A stretch of 32,159 nt of DNA from a virus. Lineage: Duplodnaviria > Caudoviricetes. Below, in pieces: positions 1-8,526 of this stretch; positions within the stretch are counted from its first letter, which is position 1, and every line of letters starts with the position of its first letter. Under the pieces are notes generated by a model. The model saw only the letters and a program-made list of their open reading frames with translations. It did no database searches and was not told the DNA's origin. Location: positions 1 through 32,159 of IMG/VR virus record IMGVR_UViG_3300027759_000282; one strand, written 5' to 3'. Position numbers and translations under genes: made by a program.

Positions 1-242
1 TAACCGGCAAAGTGCCTTCCAAGTACAACACGCAAATGCAATTTCAAATGGCTTGCACAGGACGCGCTTACTGCGATTACGTTGTGTTTGACCCCAGGAT
101 GCCCGCTAAAGCCCAATTGTTTATCAAACGGGTTAACCGCGACAACGCATTTATCAAGGAAATGGAAGGGGAAATCATTAACTTTTTATCAGAAGTAAAC
201 GTTCAAATTCAACAACTTAACGCAATCATTGAAAGTAATTAA
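1..242 (+). CDS. YqaJ/lambda-exonuclease-family viral recombinase, C-terminal part (5' truncated by window edge)
   Basis: Frame is open from the window start. Y-x-x-Q-M-Q-x-Q-M-A-C-T-G-R-x-x-C-D-Y-V-x-F-D-P-R is the typical YqaJ C-terminal motif. Confidence 0.85.
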   Translation, partial: TGKVPSKYNTQMQFQMACTGRAYCDYVVFDPRMPAKAQLFIKRVNRDNAFIKEMEGEIINFLSEVNVQIQQLNAIIESN

Positions 243-244
243 TC

Positions 245-487
245 ATGGCAATCACTAAAGAAATTTCCTGTGTAGTTGGGACATACACCAACAAGGACGG
301 ACAACAAAAGAATCGTTACCAGCGTATTGGATCAATCATCAACACCAAAAACGGGGAAATGCTCAAGATTGACGTTATCCCCTTGGTTGAAGGCGGCTGG
401 TCAGGTTGGTGTTATATCAATGAGCCAAAATTAAAAGAAGAAAAGTTCACGGGCTTGCCTGCTGATGACTTTGATGCGCCATTCTGA
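245..487 (+). CDS. Small putative single-stranded DNA-binding protein
   Basis: 80 aa, beta-rich. Acidic C-terminal tail DDFDAPF resembles the SSB DIPF tip. Sits directly after the exonuclease. Confidence 0.6.
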   Translation: MAITKEISCVVGTYTNKDGQQKNRYQRIGSIINTKNGEMLKIDVIPLVEGGWSGWCYINEPKLKEEKFTGLPADDFDAPF

Positions 488-944
488 CGTTCACTTATCA
501 GGCACGGAAATGCTGCTATTACGCGAAATTGGACGTTTGCGGCATTCCGTGACAAGTGAGCAAGGAACGGAAAAACGGCAAGACAAATCACAGGACAAAG
601 AACAAATGGCAATCGTAGGCGTTATTTCTGAATATGCGGTAGCAAAGCGCCTTAACTTGCACTTTAATCTTGACTGTGATTTTAGGAACTTTGGCGCTGA
701 TCTTGTAAGCAAAAGTGGCAAAGAGATTGACGTTAAATGCACCAAGCCAGGCGGCAACCTAAACGCCGTGGAATGGTCAACAAAGAAACCCGCCGACATT
801 TTTGTTTTAACCGAAATGCACAAGGAATTTGTCCGCATCATTGGTTGGATTAGTCGGGAAAATTTCTTGATTCGGCAAAACCAAAAAAACGTAGGCAATG
901 GAAGTTTTTACTCAGTCCCTCAATCTAAATTAAATCCATTATGA
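465..944 (+). CDS. Putative PD-(D/E)XK nuclease-fold protein
   Basis: G-x-x-x-E (GVISE) helix, then GAD ... IDVK, matching the E...D...(D/E)xK catalytic spacing. Start could be 465 or 474. Confidence 0.5.
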   Translation: MTLMRHSDVHLSGTEMLLLREIGRLRHSVTSEQGTEKRQDKSQDKEQMAIVGVISEYAVAKRLNLHFNLDCDFRNFGADLVSKSGKEIDVKCTKPGGNLNAVEWSTKKPADIFVLTEMHKEFVRIIGWISRENFLIRQNQKNVGNGSFYSVPQSKLNPL

Positions 945-1138
945 AATTTCTAAAATTCTTTAAAGATTACTGGCGTGACTTAACCCCTTTGGAAGTCATC
1001 ACCCATTCTTTGGCCCAGGCGCATCTGGAGAGGCTTGAATCAGAGAACGCCACCGAGTACGCAAAGGCTTGCCTCCAACTCAGCCTAGCCCGTATTGAGC
1101 GTCTTAACGAACGCATGAAGGAGTACAAACGTGACTGA
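941..1138 (+). CDS. Hypothetical phage protein (helical)
   Basis: ATGA overlap with the upstream gene; 65 aa. Confidence 0.65.
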   Translation: MKFLKFFKDYWRDLTPLEVITHSLAQAHLERLESENATEYAKACLQLSLARIERLNERMKEYKRD

Positions 1139-1283
1139 AGTAATAATTGGATTTTTATGCTTTTTCGCATGGCTTACCCATGTATTCACTTGCTTTGCTC
1201 AAGGTTTGTGGGGATTCTTGGTGGCTGGTGCCATTTTGTTTCCCATTGGCATTCTGCATGGCTTTTATCTTTGGATTCGATAG
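1131..1283 (+). CDS. Small membrane protein, 50 aa (not in the ORF track)
   Basis: GTG at 1131 with GAAGGAG upstream, TAG at 1281-1283. Translation MTEVIIGFLCFFAWLTHVFTCFAQGLWGFLVAGAILFPIGILHGFYLWIR has two hydrophobic segments. Confidence 0.7.
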   Translation: MTEVIIGFLCFFAWLTHVFTCFAQGLWGFLVAGAILFPIGILHGFYLWIR

Positions 1284-1291
1284 GAGAAGTT

Positions 1292-1447
1292 ATGACTGAT
1301 GCAGACAAAAAATACATGGCCTATGACAAACCAGAAGAGGAGCATCCAGACCCTTATGAATTCCTTGGGCAGCAGATCAAGGGAATTGTTGTGTGGATAA
1401 TCTTTGTGGTGGGTGCGTCCATGCTTGTAGCGGCGGTGTTCAAATGA
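1292..1447 (+). CDS. Small protein with C-terminal TM helix
   Basis: AGGAG SD before ATG 1292. Acidic N-terminus, then IVVWIIFVVGASMLVAAVF. Confidence 0.65.
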   Translation: MTDADKKYMAYDKPEEEHPDPYEFLGQQIKGIVVWIIFVVGASMLVAAVFK

Positions 1448-1728
1448 AATACACAGAACTATTGAAAGACGCTGCTGTAATTGTGCGCGGCAAATTATTA
1501 TGGAAGCGTTTTATTGACGGCACACCCTTGAGTAACGATTTGCCTTTTTGGATGGCTGACTTTGCTGCCGCAGCAATAGCGCATGAGCGTGAGGCGTGTG
1601 CCAAGATTTGTGAAAGTAATATATGGAGCAAAGATGTGGCATGGTGGAGGGAGGCTACAAAGTCAGAGGTGAGCGTTGAGTCCAGCGTTCAATGCGCTGT
1701 CGCCATCAGAGCAAGAGGTGAAGCATGA
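1444..1728 (+). CDS. Hypothetical phage protein with EREACAK...AIRARG module
   Basis: ATGA overlap at 1444. EREACAKIC and AIRARG are motifs I recognise from small proteobacterial phage ORFs. Confidence 0.65.
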   Translation: MKYTELLKDAAVIVRGKLLWKRFIDGTPLSNDLPFWMADFAAAAIAHEREACAKICESNIWSKDVAWWREATKSEVSVESSVQCAVAIRARGEA

Positions 1729-1919
1729 GCGAAATGAAACCAACCCCAAAACTGCGCTTTGTTGAGCGCAATGTGCCCTCGTACCGAGGCATCAAAATCC
1801 TCCTTCAGCAATGGTGGGAAACAAATAACACCATAAATCTTGGTTTTGGCGGGGAACTGCCAATAGGCGAAACAAAAGGCGAATGGCGCGATGTGCCAAT
1901 TGAAAAGGAGCAAGCATGA
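1725..1919 (+). CDS. Hypothetical phage protein
   Basis: GAGG SD, ATGA coupling on both sides; LRF...LQQWW...EWRDVP. Confidence 0.65.
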   Translation: MSEMKPTPKLRFVERNVPSYRGIKILLQQWWETNNTINLGFGGELPIGETKGEWRDVPIEKEQA

Positions 1920-2284
1920 CAGGCTACGAATCAAAACGCGCAGCAGCGCGGGACAAGTTGGTTGATGATCGGCGGGCTTACTACGAAAAGTTTGACGACT
2001 TGTATGCTGTTTATCTCAACGGTGTTTACGATGGCAAGAAAGCAGCACAGCCAGCGCAGGAGCCTGTGGCGTGGCTATGTAAGGCTGACAAACACGGTTT
2101 GTTTGGTTTACCAACAGCGGACAAGGCTTGCAAAGATTGTTTTCCTGTTTACACCAACCCACCACAGCGCCCTTGGGTTGGGTTGACGGATGAGGAAGTA
2201 TGTGAAATTTGCGACTCATACTACAACAGGGACAGCGAGTTGGCGCAAATGGTTGAAGCCAAACTAAAGGAGAAAAATTCTTGA
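1916..2284 (+). CDS. Hypothetical mosaic phage protein
   Basis: AAGGAG SD. Modules QPAQEPVAW, PVYT-PPQRPWVGLTDEE and EAKLKEKN, with a central CxxC. Confidence 0.7.
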   Translation: MTGYESKRAAARDKLVDDRRAYYEKFDDLYAVYLNGVYDGKKAAQPAQEPVAWLCKADKHGLFGLPTADKACKDCFPVYTNPPQRPWVGLTDEEVCEICDSYYNRDSELAQMVEAKLKEKNS

Positions 2285-2481
2285 AAATTGAAGAAATTGT
2301 AGATTATGCAATGCCTTGTATGCTGGCAGAAAAAGCACTTAAGGAAACGCATCAATATATGTTGGCGCAACAACCGATGAAAGCAATGGTAGTTGGAATA
2401 ATGGCTATTAAATACGTTAACGATATGTTAGATGCAATTGAGGGAAATATACTTGATGGCATAGAAGAAGCGCAAAAATGA
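2281..2481 (+). CDS. Hypothetical phage protein
   Basis: TTG start after AAGGAG; overlaps both neighbours by 4 nt. Confidence 0.6.
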   Translation: MKIEEIVDYAMPCMLAEKALKETHQYMLAQQPMKAMVVGIMAIKYVNDMLDAIEGNILDGIEEAQK

Positions 2482-2711
2482 GAGCAATGACAGAACGAAT
2501 CAGGCCCATCCTTACCCAATATGAGGAAGGCTTAACCGCACGGCATATAGCGGCATTGCTTGGCGTTCCTGCCGATGCGGTAAAACGATCTATATGCACT
2601 ATGGCAGACGTTTACATTGATCGGTGGACATCACACACCGATGGAGGCAAGTACGTCCCTGTTTACGTCAAAGTAGATGTACCAGAGGATTGCCCTCAAC
2701 CAAATAATTGA
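2478..2711 (+). CDS. Putative HTH/winged-helix DNA-binding protein
   Basis: GLTARHIAALLGVPADAVKRSI is an HTH-like pattern followed by a beta hairpin. Last gene of the rightward block. Confidence 0.55.
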   Translation: MRAMTERIRPILTQYEEGLTARHIAALLGVPADAVKRSICTMADVYIDRWTSHTDGGKYVPVYVKVDVPEDCPQPNN

Positions 2712-3139
2712 CACTCAGCGGCGCGGCGCTTTAAAAGGCCAGGAAGTACGCGCCCACCGCCCTTAGTCCACAACATCAATTGTTCTTTGGCACCTTCCCA
2801 ATCTTGAGCATTTATCTTGCGTTTTAGGGTTGACGTTTGGATACGGCCTGTGCCCAAATTGTAAGCAAAGTCCACAATGGCGTTGCACTTACGTTCATCT
2901 GTCAAAAGGATTGAACAGTTGCGTAGCACACCAGGCAAGTAGGTATGGCGCAGTTCGTGGAGCAATAACGCTTCTGCATCAGGCTCTGACATGGGCGCGT
3001 CTGTCAGGCTAACTTTACGTCCATCAGCGTAATAGGTTGAACCATAACCAATAGTTGCAACATTGGCAGGGCATAAATAGGGCTTGCTTTTAAAGCCCTC
3101 AAACCGCTTACATAGCGCAACGGCTATATCTAAGTTCAT
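2696..3139 (-). CDS. Phage lysozyme (GH24 endolysin)
   Basis: FEG...PYLCPANVATIGYG (catalytic E, with C at the usual D position, and T), AYNLG, GLLKRRAAE. Confidence 0.93.
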   Translation of the reverse strand: MNLDIAVALCKRFEGFKSKPYLCPANVATIGYGSTYYADGRKVSLTDAPMSEPDAEALLLHELRHTYLPGVLRNCSILLTDERKCNAIVDFAYNLGTGRIQTSTLKRKINAQDWEGAKEQLMLWTKGGGRVLPGLLKRRAAECQLFG

Positions 3140-3630
3140 AGCCCGCGCTTGGCAAGTGTACGATCTAGGAACCAGTAATTTAGCGTACCGCTAACCAGCG
3201 CAGCAAAGTCGCCTGACATCATCAGTTTAAACACGGCATCAGGATGAGCGCCCATAGTCCAAGCATTCCAGGCAAACCAAACGTGAATAAAACTCCAAAG
3301 CAAAAGAATCCAATAGGTGACTACAGGACGCACAGAAGCGGAAAGACTAGCCACCCATCCACCAGCCGCCTTAACCATCTCTGTTTGCTGTTCTATGGCG
3401 CTGTTGAAGGCATCCATCACGCCAGCGTCTACCGCTGCTTCCCGTTGAGCACCAATCTCTGCTAATTTCTGTTGTCCGCGCAATGTCTCTAACTGGCATT
3501 GTTGCTGAAACATAGCCAGTTCGTGGGTACGTTCATTTTTCTTGTCTAGCCATTTAAGTACTTCGGGGGCCATACGAAACAGGCCGCCAAGCAAAGAACC
3601 AATAACACCGCCGCCTAGTAGTTCAAACAT
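3136..3630 (-). CDS. Holin-like membrane protein (GTA-release/3-TM type)
   Basis: ATG 3630 preceded by AAGGA. Gly-rich hydrophobic N-terminus, coiled coil, SVRPVVTYW, C-terminal YWFLDR. Adjacent to the lysozyme. Confidence 0.7.
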   Translation of the reverse strand: MFELLGGGVIGSLLGGLFRMAPEVLKWLDKKNERTHELAMFQQQCQLETLRGQQKLAEIGAQREAAVDAGVMDAFNSAIEQQTEMVKAAGGWVASLSASVRPVVTYWILLLWSFIHVWFAWNAWTMGAHPDAVFKLMMSGDFAALVSGTLNYWFLDRTLAKRGL

Positions 3631-3631
3631 A

Positions 3632-3880
3632 TCAATCCTTTTTGCAAGGTAGTTCGTCCTCATCGTGGGACAGTTTTACGCCAGCCAGCAGGCCGATAAA
3701 GCCGCCGATGATGGTCTGAAATGCAGGGCTTAACAGTTTAAATATTTCGCTGTTGTCCACTTCTTTTGACCACAAGCCCATCAAAAAAGCGCCTACCATA
3801 CCAAGAACAGAAATACACAATGTTGCGCTAACCATCAAGGTAACTGCAAACGTTAATCGTGCTTTGATGTTGTCGTTCAT
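3632..3880 (-). CDS. Two-TM small membrane protein
   Basis: ATG 3880 after GAGGG; two hydrophobic helices; 82 aa. Confidence 0.65.
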   Translation of the reverse strand: MNDNIKARLTFAVTLMVSATLCISVLGMVGAFLMGLWSKEVDNSEIFKLLSPAFQTIIGGFIGLLAGVKLSHDEDELPCKKD

Positions 3881-4215
3881 TTGTTTTCCCTCTTGAGTGC
3901 TTTTTCGTAACCCTGTATCACTTTTGCGCGTAGCAAAGCGTTGTCTGATGCGCCCGACCATTCCGACAAGGAGTTCCAAATATCTGCGTAGTTTTGGGTA
4001 CTGCATACATTTTTATCCAGCCAATCCAGCATGGCTACACGGCGCTCCATAGGATCGTGTACCGTCCATGCAATCACATACAAGTCTTGTATTGAACAGC
4101 CCTGTACCGGTTTGGGCTTCTCTATTTTCTCCGGCGGGGTTGCCGAAAGGATTAGCCTGTCCTCTGCAGCCGACACTGTTACCAGCATCAAAAAGATTAA
4201 GAGAAACAAGCGCAT
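3877..4215 (-). CDS. Hypothetical exported protein
   Basis: Signal-peptide-like N-terminus MRLFLLIFLMLVTVSA-AED; two Cys in the mature part. Confidence 0.6.
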   Translation of the reverse strand: MRLFLLIFLMLVTVSAAEDRLILSATPPEKIEKPKPVQGCSIQDLYVIAWTVHDPMERRVAMLDWLDKNVCSTQNYADIWNSLSEWSGASDNALLRAKVIQGYEKALKRENK

Positions 4216-4225
4216 TTAACACAAA

Positions 4226-4459
4226 CTAGCCCTTGTTAAACCAATGCAAAAAGTAACCAGCAACACTACCCAAGGCAGAAACAATAGTCATACCCATCCA
4301 AAACCCGCCTTTGCCTTGCGCCGCCATTTCTAGCAAACGATCTATGGAGGCTTCAAGTTTATCAATCTTGGTTGACATTTCATCAAAGCGGCGCTCATAG
4401 TTTTGAACGCGCTCCCACAAAACGCCGTATTTAATAGGATCAAAAGAATCGGGTGTCAT
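4226..4459 (-). CDS. Coiled-coil plus C-terminal TM protein (holin/XhlA-like architecture)
   Basis: Heptad region followed by GKGGFWMGMTIVSALGSVAGYFL. Confidence 0.65.
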   Translation of the reverse strand: MTPDSFDPIKYGVLWERVQNYERRFDEMSTKIDKLEASIDRLLEMAAQGKGGFWMGMTIVSALGSVAGYFLHWFNKG

Positions 4460-4998
4460 GATTTTTGGATAAATGCAAGTGCGTAAAAAGTTGGAAGGTT
4501 AGTGCCAACGCTGCTTGTAACCGATGAAGTAAAACCGCCAGTATTACCAACAGAGTAAGTATTGCCAGCGCCTACAACAAAGGAATCTTTGAGATTGGGA
4601 GTGCCATTAGAACCATCGCACAAGTAATAGCCAGATGGGACAGAAGCAATTGTTCCAGACCACATAATGATGCCGCCAGCCGGTACTGCGCTGACCGCCG
4701 ATGTTGTCCCAATGATTCCGTACAGGTTGTCGTATGTCTGAATGACGTTAAACGCCGAATCGGTCAATGTGAATTTGTAGTTAGAGCCAGCGGTTAACCA
4801 TATCTCTTGCGGTGGTCGTCCGTCCGTGCCTAACTGGATTGGATTGGTGTTTGCAACCGTTCCCGCCGACGATGTGTAAGTCGCCGCAGGGGTTGTGGTG
4901 CCTGCAAGGTAGGTGTAGATATATCCCCCGTTTAAGGGGATTCCTGTGGTGGTAAAGAACTGGAATCCGTTACCGATGGGGGATAGATTAACTGCCAT
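4456..4998 (-). CDS. Short tail-fibre/adaptor: virion-attachment N-domain plus tail-collar-like domain
   Basis: QFF...G-PL-GG-IYTY-AGTTTP...NTNPI-L...GR N-domain; collar motif IIMWSG...PSGYYLCDGSNGTPNL-D-FVVGAG; ends YALAFIQK. Confidence 0.75.
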   Translation of the reverse strand: MAVNLSPIGNGFQFFTTTGIPLNGGYIYTYLAGTTTPAATYTSSAGTVANTNPIQLGTDGRPPQEIWLTAGSNYKFTLTDSAFNVIQTYDNLYGIIGTTSAVSAVPAGGIIMWSGTIASVPSGYYLCDGSNGTPNLKDSFVVGAGNTYSVGNTGGFTSSVTSSVGTNLPTFYALAFIQKS

Positions 4999-7168
4999 TT
5001 CCAATGTCCTTTATGTATGTAATGCCAGCGGCTGGCTCAAGTGCTTTTTTAGTTCGTTGTCCTGCTTTGAATTTTTGAACTTGCCCACGAACCATGCTTC
5101 CAAGTGGTAATCCAACCTTGCCACCACCAACAACGTTTCCAAGGGTTTCTAAGCCCCCTGCTGCACGTTCAGCCATTGCGCCGACCAATGTATTGGAATT
5201 GTTTACAAAAGCGCCTTTTGGTTGCGCTTGGGTGTAATGTGCAACATTGCCCAATGTTTTCAACGTAGACGATGCATCAGGGTTAAAAACAAGGTTTAAT
5301 TTTTCAGATTTGTCCAATTGATTGAGGGCTTTGTTAAAGGCTGCTTGCGAAAAGTTGCCTTGACCATCTATTGATTTTTCACGCAGCCAATTTAACGTGC
5401 CTGCGCTCATGTGCTGGTGAGAAACAGAGTCGCGTCCCAATTGGTCAATCATGGTTTTCACGTTGTCGCGTGTTCCATTGACAACAAATTTATCAATGAA
5501 TTTGTCAGGCGGCACAGAATTATTAACCGCAGCATCATACGCTGGGTCTTTTTCAAGCATTTGGAATCGTTCCCTAGCAGCGCTTCTAGCCTCATCAGCC
5601 AACGGCTTAACTCGTTTTGCACTTTCTTGTAAAGGTAAATTGTCTAGTTCTTGAACCATAAATTTAGCAGCCATGCGCGTTGGGCCTTCAGCAGCAGTTG
5701 CAGAAATATTGCTAAGATTTCGGCGAGAACTCAAATAATTTTCAAGAGTCATTGAATCAGATTCTGCCATTCTTTTTATGGCCGCCATTTGTCCTGCTGG
5801 TGCATCGTCAGTCAACAATTCAGAACCAAGTTTTTTATTAATGTTTTCTAACAATGTTGGAGCATCAATTGGAAATTGACCGCCATTAGCATCGCGTAAT
5901 GCTTTAAATTTTGCATTAATGTTTTGATTACGCACATCATCAATTTTTTTGTATGAGTCAATTAGCGCATCACTATTTTCTATGGTTTTTGTACCATAAG
6001 CGTCAGGAGCAGCAATCTCACGAATTGCATCCATGTTTTTAATAAGTTGTCCATTTTGCTCATTAAGACGCGCAGCCATTTGAGGGTCTGCACCCCTGCT
6101 GTTTTGCTCCATAGACAATTGGCTAACGTCACCCGTAGCCTGTCCATTGGTAAGGCGCACCGGCTCGGGCAATGAATCTGCCTCAATGTGACGCTGTAGG
6201 ACAGGAACGTTGACTTTGTTTGGCGGGATATTGCTGACCGCTTTTTGTAAATCGGGGCTGGCGTTTGCCAATGCCGCCTTGATTGTCATTTCAGTTGGAA
6301 CTGCTGCCGCGCCTACGGAACCAGGTGTTACCGCTTCAAACGTGTACTCAGGCAAAGCCGACTTGATCTTGGCAATACCAGCCTTGACAGGTTTAATACT
6401 CGCAGGAAGGGCCATCATTGCAGCGTTAACGCCTTGCTCAATGTCAGTAGGGCTAATCCCTGTTCGCTGGCCTGCTGCCTCTGCGCCTTGGGCAATTACG
6501 CCGCCAACCGCTTGCATTGCTTGGCTGGGTAATGACGTTTGGTAACCAGGCGCTCCAACCGTGCCTGTCAACCGACCAACAGGGTTTGCCAAGGCTTGGG
6601 CAACAGGTTGGGATGCTGCCGTGGCTTCCTCTGGGCTTAGACCAAACACTCGACCAGCACCATAACCAACCGTTCCCGCTACTGCGGACGGGATATTACC
6701 AACAACATCAAGCGCCGATGCAATCTCGCCTGGTGCGCGTTGTTTCATTTGAAATGCGCGTTGGAAGGCTTGAGCCACCATTCCTTGAGGCTTGGGTTGA
6801 TAAGCCTGCAATTCCGCTGCCGTTGGGCCTCCTTGACCACCACGACCACTTCCACCGCTTACAGCAGGCATATCAAGAAAGTCGGCAAATGTGCCTGTTT
6901 GCGGGGCGGCTGGTGCTTCCATAGTAGATAAACCGGCTTGCTGCATTGCTTTTTGCGCTTCAGCAATGTCTGCCATATTTCTTTGATATGTGTCAGTTCC
7001 AGGCTTTATGTCTTTTGTGACCGCTTGAAATTGCCTCAATCTTTCCGCAAGGTCGTTATAACCAAGCATTGCCTCTTTGGTTAACTGACCACCTTTTTTT
7101 GCAGGCGGCGCAGAACTAGGCGCAGCACTTGGCTGGCTTGAATCAAGGAAATCGGCAAATGTAGGCAT
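4988..7168 (-). CDS. Large DNA-ejection/internal virion protein (P22 gp16 position)
   Basis: 726 aa, Ala/Gln-rich and helical; third of three large ORFs after gp10. Assigned by synteny. Confidence 0.6.
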   Translation of the reverse strand: MPTFADFLDSSQPSAAPSSAPPAKKGGQLTKEAMLGYNDLAERLRQFQAVTKDIKPGTDTYQRNMADIAEAQKAMQQAGLSTMEAPAAPQTGTFADFLDMPAVSGGSGRGGQGGPTAAELQAYQPKPQGMVAQAFQRAFQMKQRAPGEIASALDVVGNIPSAVAGTVGYGAGRVFGLSPEEATAASQPVAQALANPVGRLTGTVGAPGYQTSLPSQAMQAVGGVIAQGAEAAGQRTGISPTDIEQGVNAAMMALPASIKPVKAGIAKIKSALPEYTFEAVTPGSVGAAAVPTEMTIKAALANASPDLQKAVSNIPPNKVNVPVLQRHIEADSLPEPVRLTNGQATGDVSQLSMEQNSRGADPQMAARLNEQNGQLIKNMDAIREIAAPDAYGTKTIENSDALIDSYKKIDDVRNQNINAKFKALRDANGGQFPIDAPTLLENINKKLGSELLTDDAPAGQMAAIKRMAESDSMTLENYLSSRRNLSNISATAAEGPTRMAAKFMVQELDNLPLQESAKRVKPLADEARSAARERFQMLEKDPAYDAAVNNSVPPDKFIDKFVVNGTRDNVKTMIDQLGRDSVSHQHMSAGTLNWLREKSIDGQGNFSQAAFNKALNQLDKSEKLNLVFNPDASSTLKTLGNVAHYTQAQPKGAFVNNSNTLVGAMAERAAGGLETLGNVVGGGKVGLPLGSMVRGQVQKFKAGQRTKKALEPAAGITYIKDIGNGS

Positions 7169-8517
7169 TATCGAATAATCCCAAGTTGTTTAGCCAATGC
7201 ACGTTTTTGACGCAATGCAGCAATTTCCGCTGGGCTCATTGCATTCATCATATTTTGCGCTTCCATTTGAGACATTTCTTGGAAGAAACGTGGGTCGGCA
7301 GCGTTTTGCCATTGTAAGAGTTTGTTTTGATATGCAACAGGATCGCCTGTAGCACCTTGCAAGAAATTGGCTTTTGCAGTGTTAAATTGTTCTTGCCCAA
7401 TTAATTGGTTAGTGACCCGCACCATACCCTCTTTGGTCATTTTGGTGTTAGGGCTTGCCAACTCAGCCAAGCCTCGGGCAGCATCCGTGTTCCCACCAGC
7501 AAGTTGTAGTAGTTTGGTGTTCTTTGCCAGTTCGTCTGTGGATGCGCTTTCCAATTCGTTGAAAGGAATTCCAATTGACTGAGCAAGATTAGCCACAAAC
7601 TGCTTTTTCTCAGCCAATGCACCCGTGTACGATTCTGGGATAAGTTTCTTGATGTTTTGGTATATGGCAATTCTCTGAGGCGCTTCACTTGCTTTTTGCG
7701 ATGTTGCAGTCCAATCTGAGCCTAAAGTTTCTCCAAGTTTTGTTTGCAAGTTTGTGGTTGCTGGGCCAACACCGGCTTGCACAAGGCCACTTTGACGCTG
7801 CGACAATGGGCCAAGATAAGTAGTTGCTCCTGTTGGGCCTGCAACAGTTGTTTCGGGCGACAATTGACGTTCAACGCCAGGGCCAATTTGCTGGCCTGGT
7901 TGCTGAACAGATAAATAACTTCCTGCCGTTGTTGGAACATTTGCTGCTCCTGTGCTTAATATTTGCGCCGCTGGGTATAACTTGTCTAAATGCGCCGATG
8001 CCTCCAACGATTGCAGACCATTACGACCAACCCACAATTGCAATTCAGCAGGCGATCCAGTTTTAGGGATTTGCGCCGTTGATTGTTTAATTGCATCATC
8101 ACCAGCACCGCTATCCTTTAGGGTTTTGGTCATGGAATCTTCAATGTCTTGAGGCGTAAGGTCTTTTTTAGTTGCAAGGCCAAGCAATTGACGCGCAGCA
8201 TTAGATTGAAATTCTTTTAATTCTTGAATCTTTTTGATTTTTGATTCACTTTCTGCTGCGCTAACGCGAGGCTGGGCAGTACCAGCAGCAACGTTTGCCT
8301 CTGTCCGTGCGCGTTCAGATTCCGCTTGTGCGCGGGCAATGTCAGGGTTAAACATTGCCTGCGCTTTTTTTAATTCAAGTTGGCGCTGTTGTAACGCCAA
8401 AGGATTCATCTGTTGCGCTTGCTGGTATTGCTGCACACCCGATGCCATGTTCATCATGTCCGCAAGTGACGTTTGCGGCATGGCAAGATTGGTGTAGCCT
8501 GTGAAAGAGTCTGCCAT
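7168..8517 (-). CDS. DNA-ejection protein (P22 gp20 position)
   Basis: 449 aa with Gln/Ala-rich coiled-coil N-terminus; synteny. Confidence 0.6.
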   Translation of the reverse strand: MADSFTGYTNLAMPQTSLADMMNMASGVQQYQQAQQMNPLALQQRQLELKKAQAMFNPDIARAQAESERARTEANVAAGTAQPRVSAAESESKIKKIQELKEFQSNAARQLLGLATKKDLTPQDIEDSMTKTLKDSGAGDDAIKQSTAQIPKTGSPAELQLWVGRNGLQSLEASAHLDKLYPAAQILSTGAANVPTTAGSYLSVQQPGQQIGPGVERQLSPETTVAGPTGATTYLGPLSQRQSGLVQAGVGPATTNLQTKLGETLGSDWTATSQKASEAPQRIAIYQNIKKLIPESYTGALAEKKQFVANLAQSIGIPFNELESASTDELAKNTKLLQLAGGNTDAARGLAELASPNTKMTKEGMVRVTNQLIGQEQFNTAKANFLQGATGDPVAYQNKLLQWQNAADPRFFQEMSQMEAQNMMNAMSPAEIAALRQKRALAKQLGIIR

Positions 8518-8526
8518 ATCTAATCC

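Noticed and set aside
1157-1291. 5' extension of the ORF-track call 1157-1447
   Set aside because: Better explained by two genes, 1131-1283 and 1292-1447, each with its own SD.
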